A DNA stretch of 63,757 nucleotides, filler included, from Collodictyon triciliatum (GCA_043381765.1; 42 parts of 42 records of this genome joined end to end with filler, not necessarily neighbours in it); one strand, 5' to 3'. Positions 1-13,634 are shown, counted from the first letter of the whole stretch. Notes: generated by a model from the sequence alone, not told the origin. Translations and numbers: made by a program.

Positions 1-97
1 CTTTTTCTTTTTCTTTTTCTTTTTCTTTTTCTTTTTCTTTTTCTTTTTCTTTTTCTTTTTCTTTTTCTTTTTCTTTTTCTTTTTCTTTTTCTTTTCA

Positions 98-1185
98 TTG
101 CGTATCCCCTATTTTTTTCATCATAAATACTTACTGCTATTAACTTTTTTAATATTTTATATTTCATGCTTAAAGGGAGCTTTCTTGTGTGCACCTTGCC
201 GCCCAGGCTCTGGAAACTCTTGGGGAGGGGCATCTTGTCAAGTCTGTCCTGTTGGGACATATTCTGCTAATCTCTCATGCGATGAAGAAGCTCTTTGTCC
301 GAATTACCTCACACCGTTGATGTCTCGCCTTGATATGCATCATTATTTTGGGAGCATGCAAGTTCATGAAGATGAAATACCAAAGAGCTGTTGTCCATGC
401 CCCCCTGGTAGATTTGGAAGAGAGAAAAAAAAAAGAGAATCTAGAAAAATACACGCACTTGACTTTACTCGTTATGTTTCACAAACCTTCTTTATATATA
501 TGACCAACCAAATTAATCACCAAGTGCAAAACAGGAACTTATGGAGACACAATCGGACTTCCTATATGCCGTTCCTGTGGTGCGGGCTACTACAGCGATG
601 TTATCGGTGCTCGGGATAAGAGTGTATGCAGAAAGTGCCCTGATGGGCGTTACTGTCCGTACGAAAAAAATATTCAACCTGTTGCATGCCCACGCGACTA
701 CGCTTGCAAAGATGGTGCGAGTCAAGCACTTCCTTGTTCTTCCCTGCAATCTGCAGATGAGGGTTCATCGGTAAAACTTAAATGATTACAAAATATCCTT
801 CATAATATTATTGTCATTTAATTTATTGCATTCCTTTTTTTCTTTTCTATTTTCTTGTTTTAAAAAAAATTAAAATATTGACACCACCTTTATATTTCCT
901 GTATCATTTGTCGATATAAAATGAAAAAAAATTTTACTACAAGTCTCGTAGCCATGCAAAAGCGAGACAAACTTTTTCATGTCCAATGGGTACTTAAGTC
1001 CTTTTTTACAAATACTTTAGCAGTGCAACATGAACGAGAAGTTTGTGATTTTTCTGATTGTGGGGTTGGTTTGCGCTGCCGTTGCTACTGTTGGTATTGT
1101 GTTAGCTTACAAAAAGTACTATCGGAAAGGACAATCGGACAATCCATCATCTATGGCACCAAATCCTATTTATCAAGGTTTGTAG
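98..1185 (+). CDS. Cys-rich (TNFR/ephrin-receptor-like, GCC2_GCC3-type repeats) single-pass membrane protein, spliced, 5' end uncertain
   Basis: Exons read CAPCRPGSG..CQVCPVGTYS, then CKTGTYGDTIGLPICRSCGAGYYS..CRKCPDGRYC (from 525). Last exon (1024-1185) has TM helix FVIFLIVGLVCAAVATVGIVLAY, basic KKYYRK and tail NPIYQGL*. Confidence 0.7.
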
Positions 1186-1283
1186 GACAGGAGGCAGGGT
1201 GAAGACAATCCAAAGCCAAGCACATTACTCTAGTACAGGCACCTTGAACCCCATATCCAAGAAACAAATAACTGATAGTTACA

Positions 1284-1284
<1 letters not shown>

Positions 1285-1376
<92 letters not shown>
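1285..1376. repeat. (CA)n microsatellite
   Basis: Perfect dinucleotide run. Confidence 0.97.
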
Positions 1377-1378
<2 letters not shown>

Positions 1379-1427
1379 TGGGTAAGCAATAGCAGTCCAT
1401 CAAGTGCAAATAAACCTACTCTACACA

Positions 1428-1527
1428 NNNNNNNNNNNNNNNNNNNNNNNNNNNNNNNNNNNNNNNNNNNNTTAATTAATTAANNNNNNNNNNNNNNNNN
1501 NNNNNNNNNNNNNNNNNNNNNNNNNNN
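1428..1527. other. Artificial 100-nt contig spacer N44-TTAATTAATTAA-N44 (first of ~41; last ends at 62345)
   Basis: Identical palindromic all-frame-stop 12-mer in N runs at 1472, 2998, 4524, 6050 ... 60780, 62290. Spacing falls from 1526 to ~1510, so contigs are roughly size-sorted. Confidence 0.98.
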
Positions 1528-3053
1528 ATTTAAATTGCATTTCATATGAATGGGAAAGCTTCAAAGTAAAGTAAAATAAACAATGAAAAAATAAAATGGA
1601 TGTTGTTTTCGGTATCATTTTCTTCACGCATTCTGGTCTGTGAACATACCCTTTAATGCGGTTGTGTTCTGGGTTGTATCTAGGGCTTTTTGGGAGAATC
1701 ATCTAGAACGATAACGATGGTAAGTAGCTTTTATGTGGTAAAATCATGTGGCCTATATTTTGAATAAGATACCATCATTATACAACAGAATGCTACTGGT
1801 AAAAAATGTGCTCGATTTAGTAAAGGATAAAGGAAAAATGGATGCAACGCAGATTTCCTAACTTTTTCGAAAGAGGAACACAAAGGTCAAAAGTGTCCAT
1901 TTTTTAAATACATTATTTGACCGTGCTTTCATTTTTCCCGTCAGACTTTTTCATACTATCAGACAGACCGAGCAGCTTTTCCGAAAACAGAATGAAAGAA
2001 AAGGGACAGCAGCTACCGGTCCTTTCTGGACAGCCCATTATTTTGGTGTGTACTTTAAACATGCTTAAATGAAATATGCAGATTTTAGTAATCGAAGTCT
2101 GTGTCAAATAAATTAAGAATGAATGAAGTAAACTGCATGAATAAAATAATGGAGAGGTAAATACCACAAGTTAAAATAAGCGAACTTCAATACTTCAGAA
2201 GTATATTTGGCACACACAGACAGCTTCATTTCGAATAATGAGCCATGTAGTTTGACATTTGTGAGAAAGCTTGTTTGGAAAAGTTTTTAATTCATCAAAT
2301 AAATGGACTTTGGCTCGTCTTATAGAATCTAGGACATATATATATATATACAAGCTATGGGTCCAAACCGATAAACTTCTATGTGGCATAATTAAGGTTC
2401 TGAAATTCAGAACGGAAAAAAGGACATACGAAAATATATTATTAGTGGTAATAACATTTACATGGATGAATAATAAACGAAAAATCGGTAATCATACTTA
2501 TGTGCGATGAGCAATATCCATTGATTTTTATTTTGATGAGTCAAACTTGCCACACAAAAATCGTATACTTGCAAGCAGAGTTGTGGCGCTGACTTGGACT
2601 TTGACTTTGCCGTTATGGTTGGGCCGAATGACCAATTGTCAAATATTGATGTGATTGTCAGACATTTTTGGGTATAAAGATTGCACATTATCATAGCCTT
2701 CTTGAGAGAGCGGTATTTCCAGTGTAGTGGTTATTGCAGGCTGCTACATACACATGCATTGATAAAGCTGCTAATCGGAAAAGTTCATATTGGCCGACTA
2801 TTTTTGTGGCGATGCGTTTGGCTCCAATACATCTACCGTGCACCCACAATACCTAACGACAGTTAGTTCCGATAGAAGTGTTGAGAAATTAGATTCGGGG
2901 CTATGGAAGAATTTCGGTTAATTTCGTAACTTTGAGTCCAGCTTTGAAGTCGANNNNNNNNNNNNNNNNNNNNNNNNNNNNNNNNNNNNNNNNNNNNTTA
3001 ATTAATTAANNNNNNNNNNNNNNNNNNNNNNNNNNNNNNNNNNNNNNNNNNNN

Positions 3054-3175
<122 letters not shown>

Positions 3176-3394
3176 AAAAAACAAAAAAAAAACAAAAAAA
3201 CAAAAAAACAAAAAAACAAAAAAAACAAAAAACATATAAGATGATGTAAGAACCAAACTAGGAGAACATAGATACACAACATGTATTCTACGCACATGTG
3301 ATTGTCTCATAGCCTTCTGCATGTATATTTCCCCTACTCTCCTAATCATTCTACTAAACACTCTACTTAACACTTAACACCCACACACCCATAG

Positions 3395-3648
3395 AGGTTC
3401 CAGCAACATATCAGTCGTTCAAGGTGCGCTACTCAACCCTGGTGAAAGTGCTGCTTGCTGCGCCAGGCTACGCTGTGGAGATGTCTCAGATGGACGATCT
3501 TTTGACCCGGCAGGATTCCAGGTGGAAGCACAAGTGGGATGTCCAGACGGCCGAGCAGTACTGCCAACTCGCCAAAGACGACAGCGTAGTTGCGATGGAA
3601 GGCACCCGATGTCGCCTGCTGCCCGACCACATACGCAACGCCCACTGA
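3395..3648 (+). CDS. Probable terminal exon of a hypothetical protein
   Basis: GC-rich stop-free frame after a TAG acceptor (VPATYQSFKVRYSTLVKVLL...HIRNAH*), followed by pyrimidine-rich UTR-like sequence and AATAAA. Family not recognised. Confidence 0.4.
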
Positions 3649-4353
3649 CAATGCGCCGCTCTCGCGTTCCCTTGTTTCTCTGGCGGTGGTCTCTGGACTC
3701 TCCTGCTTCCGTTTCGCCCCACCTCCCTGAATAAATTCTCCTTTCCGCACAAAATCCCACACTCTTCGATTGTTTCCTTCCTTCTTTCTTTCGTTCTCTC
3801 GTTCTCTCGTTCCTTCGCTTTCCGTCTGAATACTGTCATTCTGTTTCACACGCAGCTTGTCACTACACAGACTTACTCCTTGCTCAGCCTCCCTTCACTT
3901 CCAATAAACACTCAGCTCAATATGATTGGTGTGATTGGGAGCTTTTTCTTTAAAATCCAGAGTCGCGGATTAGTACTTGCTGGGAAGCTTTTGGTGCGCA
4001 AGTCGGGCTCAGTTGCTTGGACGGAATAAGTCTGCGAAGTTTTGTTACATACGTATTCATAAACAATATCAACTAAAGAATGCCAGAGATGAAAAGAGAC
4101 GAGGCATGATTGAAAATGGGAAATATGATATTATTTGCTTTGCTTTGTTTTTGGTTCGTACTGGATAATGCGCGCAGTCTTCCTATAAAACAAATCATGT
4201 ATAAATGTTTGAGATTCAAATACTCAGAATACCAAATCAATCAATCAATCAAACAAACAATCAAACAATCAATCAAACAAACAATGAAACAAACAATGAA
4301 ACAAACAATCAAACAAACAATCAAACAAACAATCAAACAAACAATCAAACAAA

Positions 4354-4412
<59 letters not shown>

Positions 4413-5415
4413 ATAAAACTCTTTCTTTTTATTTGTTTTTTGTGATAAACCCGTTTTTTTTTTTTTTTTTTTAATTCTTNNNNNNNNNNNNNNNNNNNNN
4501 NNNNNNNNNNNNNNNNNNNNNNNTTAATTAATTAANNNNNNNNNNNNNNNNNNNNNNNNNNNNNNNNNNNNNNNNNNNNGCACCACGCAGCCGGCCGGGT
4601 AGAGTCCCTTCTCCTGCAGTCCCGCTGCTCGCTCCACCGGTCGCGTCCGGTAGTGCTCGTAGACCACATTCTCGTCGTCAAGTTGAGGCTTGGTTGCTAT
4701 TCGTGTGGTTTTTGTGCAAAACCAAATGGGGAGAGTAATATATGTTAAGAAACAAAGAGAATGGTGGATTAAAGCCACACCCCAGAATTCCAACAAGATC
4801 AAATCCTAAGCATTCGGCAGGGCTTTTTTCCCCTTTTTGCCCGTCTGTTGGTGTTTTCATTCAACCACTCTGAATACCGAAGCCGGTCGGGCGTGACCGA
4901 GTCGAAATGTGATGTCAAGCCCACGGAGCCACCGATACGCCGCTCACGAGATTTAAAGGGAGACTCTTTCCCAGCCCAAATATACAGACTCCAGACATTT
5001 TCATAACTGGATTATATAATATATTATCTAAAAATGCTAATAATACAACATTTAGCAAAAAATACTAATAATATAATGCAAAATATATTATTAAGAAATT
5101 ATGTTATTATAAATGCGGAATATATGAAAAGCAATTATACAAAACGTAAATAGGAGAACAGTATTATCAAATGCATGAAATATTAGCTTATTATACATGC
5201 ATAAAGCTCACATGTAGTTCCCGTTTCGCTTTGTTGCGTTCGAAATGCATAACTGTTGCACATTAACCGATCCAGCTGACACATAAGCAACCCCACAATC
5301 GACAACACTCGACCACCCGGCCGCACCAAACACCCAAGCCTTCCTCGGAACCAAAGGAAGTAGAGAAAAAAAGAGGAAAAAAAAAAGAAAAAAAAGAAAA
5401 CGAGAAGGAAACCCA

Positions 5416-5859
5416 ATGCTTACGACGCTGCGCTTCTCCCGATCAGCCGTGCGTTCGATGGTTAGACCCACCTCCGCATTTCCTCTCAAGCAGCCCCATT
5501 TTCGTCCAGACTCTTTCACCCTTTTTGCCAAACCTTATGGTGTCCTGATCGCAACAAACAACCACAAACACACTGGCTCACGGTCCTCTGCTTTTTATCG
5601 ATGAAGGTGACCAAGTACGGCTCTGTGCGCACAGAGAGCAATACGGGCATAGAAACAAGCACGCAGCCTGCAGGATCGGTCTCTCCATCTCTGCCGTCTT
5701 CCACTGTTGATTCTCTCCAGAAAACAGGCGCGTCGCTTGAAAAACGCCGTGCGGACCTTCTCAACAAACTCAAGGAAGGGCCGAGCTTTCAGGACTTTCT
5801 GGACTCTGGCTCAAAGCAAGGTGCTTCAAGCTGCTCCGCCCCGTCTGTCGATGTGTCGA
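5416..5859 (+). CDS. LIP5: Mitochondrial lipoyl synthase, N-terminal exons
   Basis: Arg/Ser-rich presequence MLTTLRFSRSAVRSM; GT..AG intron 5461-5606 keeps frame; then LLNKLKEGPSFQDFL, resembling the GPSFxDF motif of eukaryotic Lip5/LIAS N-termini; GTGAGT donor at 5860. Confidence 0.7.
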
Positions 5860-6429
5860 GTGAGTCCTTTATCCTGTCGCATATCTCTTTAGTTCACAGC
5901 AGCAACTTCGGCACGCCCAGATAAGAAACAAAAAACAAAAAACAAAAAACAAAAAACAAAAAACAAAAAACAAAAAACAAAAAACAAAAAAAAAAAAAAA
6001 AAAAANNNNNNNNNNNNNNNNNNNNNNNNNNNNNNNNNNNNNNNNNNNNTTAATTAATTAANNNNNNNNNNNNNNNNNNNNNNNNNNNNNNNNNNNNNNN
6101 NNNNNTATGTATGTATGTATGTATGTATGTATGTATGTATGTATGTATGTATGTATGTATGTATGTATGTATGTATGTATGTATGTATGTATGTATATTT
6201 CCTTGTTTGTGATTTGTTATTTTGTTTCTTTGGAAAATGAATACAATAATTAAATATTCGTTTTAAACTAAATTACACCATGACAGTTCTCAGTTTTTTT
6301 TTTTAAAAAAAAAAAACAAAAATTAAGTTAAATTACAAATAATCTGAGGTACTTGACCTGTTTTTCAAAACCTCCAAACATTCCTAATTAAAAATATCAA
6401 GTTTTTTTTTATCTCGTTCTCTCTCTCTC

Positions 6430-7323
6430 TTACTGAAGGTTATGGTAGACTTGGTCAACATCATCGTGGTCCTCCAAATTATCAAGAAGTTGGCTGAACC
6501 CTTCAGCGCCTTCTTTGTCGTCGACCTGATGGGTTGTGTTTGGGACGAAGGTCACCTATCATGGATAAATTTGGATAAAAAATCAATTCAACAGCACGGG
6601 CTCTGTTTTTTAGTTTAGTATCTCAAAGCTCTATATCAGAGGGAAAATACGAGGTTCTTAGAATACATTAGACACCATTTTACATACTTCAGCAGAGGAC
6701 GGATGAATGTCAGCAGACTCAAAAGATGTTTTAACCGAGAAAAATGAGCCGGGTTGGCAGTATACCTATGTTTCGTAGATTCAAATCTAGATATTAGTTT
6801 AACTATTCACATCTATCGTAATAGTTTGAAAATATGTCCTAAATTACTAAAGCTTGAAGAAGGTGTTTCTATTGTAAATTATATGTCACTTATATTTCTT
6901 TCCTTTATTCGATGAAAAAGATTTATCACTTATATAATCCAATAAGTATATAAGCTTTCGAAATACCAGGATTTTTCCACCATGCTCTTCGGTTTGGTTG
7001 ATGACATTAGTTGCGCCCGCCTCTATTGCAATATCCGTAATCTAAGATGCTTTGGAGTTCAATAATAGAAGTATATCAAATAATTTTGAATTGAATAAAG
7101 AGAACCACAAATGATTTCAAATGTTGTGGAAAATTACTCTCTTCCCTTTCTCTTTCTCTTTTCTTGGTAGGTAGAAAAAGAAACCAATAACTGGTTAAAC
7201 AATCGTTCGAGAATTCAAATTCAGCGAAAAGGAACCTTTTCTTCTCCATATTTCCCTTCGAATTGGAGAACTCCAAGACGATCAAACATCCACATCACGG
7301 ACCCATTAGACCCAAGATTTCCG
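6430..7323 (-). CDS. TACO1: YebC/PmpR-family protein (TACO1-like), C-terminal four exons
   Basis: Spliced exons GNLGSNGSVMWMFDRLG / ITDIAIEAGATNV / VYCQPGSF..SSAE / VTFVPN..LLDNLEDHDDVDQVYHNLQ*, all YebC-family hallmark motifs. Confidence 0.9.
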
Positions 7324-7474
7324 CTGCATATCGAAAATCAAAATACTTTTTACCATTAAACGCATGGAGAAAATAAATTATGATGGTTCTGACTATGCAT
7401 TATGTCTGCTGATTATTATTTTCCTTTATTCGATTCAAAGTGTATCTGCTGATTATTATTCTTTTTTTTTTTTG

Positions 7475-7531
<57 letters not shown>

Positions 7532-8519
7532 NNNNNNNNNNNNNNNNNNNNNNNNNNNNNNNNNNNNNNNNNNNNTTAATTAATTAANNNNNNNNNNNNN
7601 NNNNNNNNNNNNNNNNNNNNNNNNNNNNNNNGAGGTCAAGGACTCCACCAGAAGAACCAAGCGCACCAACACCCGCCGCTAAAAGCCTCGACCTCTGCCT
7701 GTTGTTTTCATAAACAAACCCGTCACTGAAGTCGCTATTGGTATCTCGAGCATTACCGAATCTAGTTCCTCATAAATCTTGTCCAAACCCTGCACCCTAT
7801 GCTACCGACTTAACACACGAAGGGGCGATAGCTCCCACATGAGGAAATTGGGCAACAACCGCATCAATATTATAATCTAATTCGATTTTTTTTTATTTAC
7901 AGAGCCTCATATTATCATAATTACTTAGGCATTAGATGTAGCTGTAGGACAATATAATGAAAGATATATAAATTCCAGGTATAGATATAATCCAGATTTG
8001 CGAAGCCCGGGTTGCCCCAGGTGACGTGGCAAAGAGACCACATCCAAATATAGGCGACCCAATTCGTGCTTTCGCTGGAACTTAGCGGAAATACCTTCTT
8101 TCGGCTTTACAAATGTGGACGTCCCAATTGATACGTGGTGCGTCAGTACAAAACACTATACATAATTATTACTTTGAGGAGGATTTTTCATTGACTAATA
8201 CACAAATATGGACAAAATGTGTCGAAAATTCTAGAGCATTTGAAAAAACAAAAGCATCTGTGCGGTACGTGATATATTGCTGTGATTTGGGCCGTGTGAG
8301 GGCACAATCATAACAGAAACCACTAAATGATTACCACAGAATCAGCTCGTCGAAGCTAAACCAAAACCAAAAAGACCAATTTCCCTATTTCATCATTGCG
8401 GAGAAGAACAACAATCGCAATGTAAGTGCTCTTCCCCAAGCCCACGGCCCTATTTATTAAATGCGAAAGCGCTCGACCAACATTAACAAGAAAAAAAAAA
8501 AACAACAAAGAAAAAAAAG

Positions 8520-8960
8520 ATCTCAGTGCAAATCAATGCCCCGTCTGCAATCAACCCAACCATATATTAGCCAGTGCAAAAGTGCTTCGGCCTTTGTCTT
8601 GCTGGAACGATCAGAAAAACCTCCTGTGCAAAGCAAAGTGCAACACGGCAGCCAAGCAATCATTTCGTTTGAATCAAGACACAAGTTGGCTGTGGCAAAA
8701 GTGCCCTTGTGGTCCGCTAGCCCGCGGCTTCCCTTCAGCACCGTCAATCTGCCTCACATGAAACAGCTTGTGCTCGTGGAGAAGTAAGCTTGTTGGTGCG
8801 CAGGGAATGCCTGGGACCAGTCTCTTGAAAGCACCATTGATTTTCCCTTACCCGAGCTAAGCTCCTTGCAAGAAAGAATCTCTCTCCTGTTGCCGTTTTC
8901 ACACGGAAAAATCGGGCTTGCCTATGTCCGGCAGTCCTTACTCAAACTGATCTTATACCA
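8520..8960 (+). pseudogene. Possible decayed gag-like remnant with a frameshifted CCHC zinc knuckle
   Basis: CPVCNQPNH in one frame continues as ISQC in the adjacent frame, giving CX2CX4HX4C across a 1-nt frameshift. Downstream frames are interrupted. Confidence 0.3.
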
Positions 8961-9169
8961 CGTCCCCCTCCTAACACACTTAACCAACCAACTAAACAAA
9001 CAAACAAACAAACAAACAAACAAACAAACAAACAAACAAACAAACAAACAAACAAACNNNNNNNNNNNNNNNNNNNNNNNNNNNNNNNNNNNNNNNNNNN
9101 NTTAATTAATTAANNNNNNNNNNNNNNNNNNNNNNNNNNNNNNNNNNNNNNNNNNNNCGAGAATTTTAT

Positions 9170-9409
9170 ATGCCTTTGGAAACAATACGAACATTGGTAT
9201 CTTCGGCATTAACACTCAAAGCCAGAAACGCACGGAATTATCGTAGGCGAACTTTTAAAAAAAAAATGATAAAAGAAAACACATCTGAGCCATTAGTGGA
9301 CAGCTACACATCAAAAGCTTCATCCAATTCATCTTCTACAGTCTCCCGTGAAGAATTATTAGAAACTGTTGCACGTGTTCGAAAAGTCATCGACTCTAAA
9401 CAATTATAA
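9170..9409 (+). CDS. Small hypothetical ORF convergent with the helicase gene
   Basis: 79-aa intronless ORF ending 43 bp from the helicase stop. No family recognised. Confidence 0.35.
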   Translation: MPLETIRTLVSSALTLKARNARNYRRRTFKKKMIKENTSEPLVDSYTSKASSNSSSTVSREELLETVARVRKVIDSKQL

Positions 9410-9452
9410 AATTTACAACTATGTTGTTGTTAATTTTATTTATTTCAATTTA

Positions 9453-10583
9453 TTAATCAAGAAGCTTCTGTCCTTGTAAATAGGTCTTGACCCAATCTTT
9501 ATCCAATTTATATTTTCGATATTTAATATTTTCAATTCCAATTTTTTTTAGCTCACGACCAAATCGTGCGTGCGTAAGAATACCATCTTGTTTACGTCCA
9601 GCATTCTCCATAACACGACGAAATAGAGCGTATAATTGACAGGGGCTCATTTCGTTATTATACGGTTCCTGATAACTTACATATTCAATATTGTCTAATG
9701 GTTTATCAGGATCTTCTTCTAATGTTTCATATGTCAATAGCAAGAACTGGTCCAGTTGAGAGATTTGCAATTGTAATTGAGCTTTCCACAATTCTTTATC
9801 TTTTTGCTGGTATAAAATGTAATGTTCACTATTCCAGTCTGAATCCATATTATCGCGTAAGAATCTAACAAAATTTAACACCGCGTCTTGATTATTAATC
9901 ATTGCTTTTAAATTTATTTGCATCTCTTGAGACATTTTTTGCTCTTTACACTGTATAATAGCATATCTACGATTACTTTGACCTACAGTAAAAACGGTAT
10001 CGTTATTAGTAGCACAACAAACGTGTATGTAATTGTTAGTCGTGTATTTGGAAAGGCCCTTCTTATGGATGACAATATCATCCGACACCAAATTGTCTTT
10101 CATAACATCGACAAATTTTGTAGCCTCTTGACGTTGCCCTTCCTCAATATTGATATATATTTTGTTTTCAATAAGGTCATTAAACTCGCCGAACATTTCG
10201 CTCATCTTACTAGTTTTTACACCGTATGTTTTGCCAATAATTCTTTTATAAAATAAATCTTGTAGAATAAATGATTTGCCAATTCCCTCTGTCTGACTGT
10301 AAAACACCAAACAAGTATGAAAGCGGTCCATTTCATGAGGCTTAAAAATGAGATGTGCAAACCACTGCAGAACGTATGCGTAGGCTTCTTTGTCTTCATT
10401 ACACAGATAAAACCAAATGGTTTGTAATATAAAATTACATTGTTCCTCATTGCCCTCTCCTATGTGTATGTCTCCGTGCTTTTCGATTTCAAACCCTTTG
10501 AATAGGTTGTAAGTGTTGGGATATTCCTCTTGGTCAAGGTCTTTTGGTAAATCAGGTCGCATAACAAGATGTTTTATTAAACG
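9453..10583 (-). CDS. SF3 helicase of phage/virus primase-helicase type (D5/DUF5906-like), 5'-truncated
   Basis: Intronless ORF of at least 369 aa, open to the contig edge. Motifs YNLFKGF, WFAHLIFKP, Walker A SQTEGIGKS, Walker B INIEE, motif C CATNN, Arg finger RRY. Confidence 0.85.
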   Translation of the reverse strand, partial: RLIKHLVMRPDLPKDLDQEEYPNTYNLFKGFEIEKHGDIHIGEGNEEQCNFILQTIWFYLCNEDKEAYAYVLQWFAHLIFKPHEMDRFHTCLVFYSQTEGIGKSFILQDLFYKRIIGKTYGVKTSKMSEMFGEFNDLIENKIYINIEEGQRQEATKFVDVMKDNLVSDDIVIHKKGLSKYTTNNYIHVCCATNNDTVFTVGQSNRRYAIIQCKEQKMSQEMQINLKAMINNQDAVLNFVRFLRDNMDSDWNSEHYILYQQKDKELWKAQLQLQISQLDQFLLLTYETLEEDPDKPLDNIEYVSYQEPYNNEMSPCQLYALFRRVMENAGRKQDGILTHARFGRELKKIGIENIKYRKYKLDKDWVKTYLQGQKLLD

Positions 10584-10852
10584 NNNNNNNNNNNNNNNNN
10601 NNNNNNNNNNNNNNNNNNNNNNNNNNNTTAATTAATTAANNNNNNNNNNNNNNNNNNNNNNNNNNNNNNNNNNNNNNNNNNNNTTCTCTTTTTTCTCTTT
10701 TTTCTCTTTTTTCTCTTTTTTCTCTTTTTTCTCTTTTTTCTCTTTTTTCTCTTTTTTCTCTTTTTTCTCTTTTTTCTCTTTTTTTCGAAAATAAGAAGAA
10801 AGCGCCCAATCGACAAGGAAAATATATCAGAATTTTAATAAATTATGAATTA

Positions 10853-11768
<916 letters not shown>

Positions 11769-11962
11769 CTACAACTATTTTCTGATATTGGACCGATAAT
11801 ATATTTTAGATATTGTAAATATTTTAGCAGTGTATTTGTTTGTCGTTTTTAACATCATTCATTTTTTCACTTCGTACAACGTAGGAAGATGTTGTCTTTG
11901 GTATTAACTGTGTGGGTTCTGATACCATGGTTAATTATATTCGACATAGTGTACAAGCCTAT

Positions 11963-12110
11963 TTTTTATGGGGTTTTTTATGGGGTTTTTTATGGGGTTT
12001 TTTATGGGGTTTTTTATGGGGTTTTTTATGGGGTTTTTTATGGGGTTTTTTATGGGGTTTTTTATGGGGTTTTTTATGGGGTTTTTTATGGGGTTTTTTA
12101 TGGGGTTTTT
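11963..12110. repeat. (TTTTTTATGGGG)n 12-bp tandem repeat
   Basis: About 12 perfect units at a contig end. Confidence 0.95.
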
Positions 12111-12210
12111 NNNNNNNNNNNNNNNNNNNNNNNNNNNNNNNNNNNNNNNNNNNNTTAATTAATTAANNNNNNNNNNNNNNNNNNNNNNNNNNNNNNNNNN
12201 NNNNNNNNNN

Positions 12211-13634
12211 CCATAAAAGACTCAAATCATACTATGCATGTCCAAAAGGCACATTCAACTCAAACTCCGGCTCATATGGAAACAAATCATGTATCGAATG
12301 TCCACAAGGTACTTGGAATGATAGAGATGGTCAAGCATCATGCACATCATGTCCCGCTGGTACATTCAACGATAAAACTGGCTCATTCAATCGATTATCG
12401 TGCATATCATGTGTGAACGGAAGCTACAGCTCAGAAAGAAGCTCTTCATGCAGTTTATGTTCATCAGGATTCTATCAAAAAGAAGGAATTGCAAAAGACT
12501 CACAATCATGCTATGCTTGTCCAAATGGCACATTCAACTCAAACTCTGTCTCATATGGAAACTCTTCATGTATCGAATGTCCACAAGGTACTTGGAATGA
12601 TAGAGATGGTCAGGCATCGTGCGCATCATGTCCAGCCGGGACATTTAACAATATAACTGGCTCATTCAATCAATCATCATGCATTTCATGTCCAAACGGA
12701 AGCTACAGCTCAGAAAGAAGCGCATCATGCAGCCTATGCCTATCAGGATTATACCAAAAAGAAGATACCATAAAAGACTCAAGCTCATGCTATGCATGTC
12801 CAAAAGGCACATTCAACTCAAACTCTGGCTCATATGGAAACGTATCATGTATCGAATGTCCACAAGGTACTTGGAATGATAGAAATGGTCAAGCATCATG
12901 CACATCGTGCCCAGCTGGCACATTTAACAACAAAACGGGCTCATTCAATCAATCATCATGCATTTCATGTCAAAATGGAAGCTACAGCTCAGAGAGAAGT
13001 TCATCATGTAGTTTGTGCTCACCAGGATTCTATCAAAAAGAGGGAAATACAAAAGACTCACAATCATGCCATGCTTGTCCAAAAGGCACATACAACTCAA
13101 ACTCCGGCTCATATGGAAACTCGTCATGTATTGAATGTCCACAAGGTACTTGGAATGATAAGTATGGTCAAGCATCATGCACATCGTGCCCAGCTGGCAC
13201 ATTCAACAACAAAACGGGCTCATTCAATCAATCATCATGCATTTCATGTCAAAATGGAAGCTACAGCTCAGAAAGGAGCGCATCATGCGGCTTATGTTCA
13301 CCAGGATTCTATCAAAAAGAGGGAAATACAAAAGACTCACAATCATGCCATGCTTGTCCAAAAGGCACATTCAACTCAAAATCCGGCTCATATGGAAATA
13401 CATTGTGCATTAAATGTCCACAAGGTACTTGGAGTGATAGAGATGGTCAGGCATCATGCACATCATGTCCAACTGGTACATTCAACGATAAAACAGGCTC
13501 ATTCGATATATTTTCGTGCACTTCATGCCCAAATGGAAGCTACAGCTCAGAAAGAAGCGCATCATGCAGCTTATGCCCGACACGCTCAACCACAATTAAA
13601 GAAGGCTCCAAATCAATAGATGATTGCAAATGCT
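12211..13634 (+). CDS. Cys-rich repeat surface protein fragment (GCC2_GCC3/ephrin-receptor-like); ~5 tandem 279-bp (93-aa) units
   Basis: Repeating CPxGT(F/W/Y)...CxxC motifs; nucleotide period 279 (anchors 12431, 12710, 12989, 13268, 13547); ends GSKSIDDCKC. Confidence 0.9.

Noticed and set aside
11963-12110. (TTTTTTATGGGG)n and (TTTTAG)n at 60836 as telomeres
   Set aside because: Contigs end in many different SSR units, each of these occurs once, and both adjoin internal exons of ordinary genes.
12792-13619. 275-aa His-rich alternate-frame ORF
   Set aside because: Shadow of the repetitive Cys-rich CDS.
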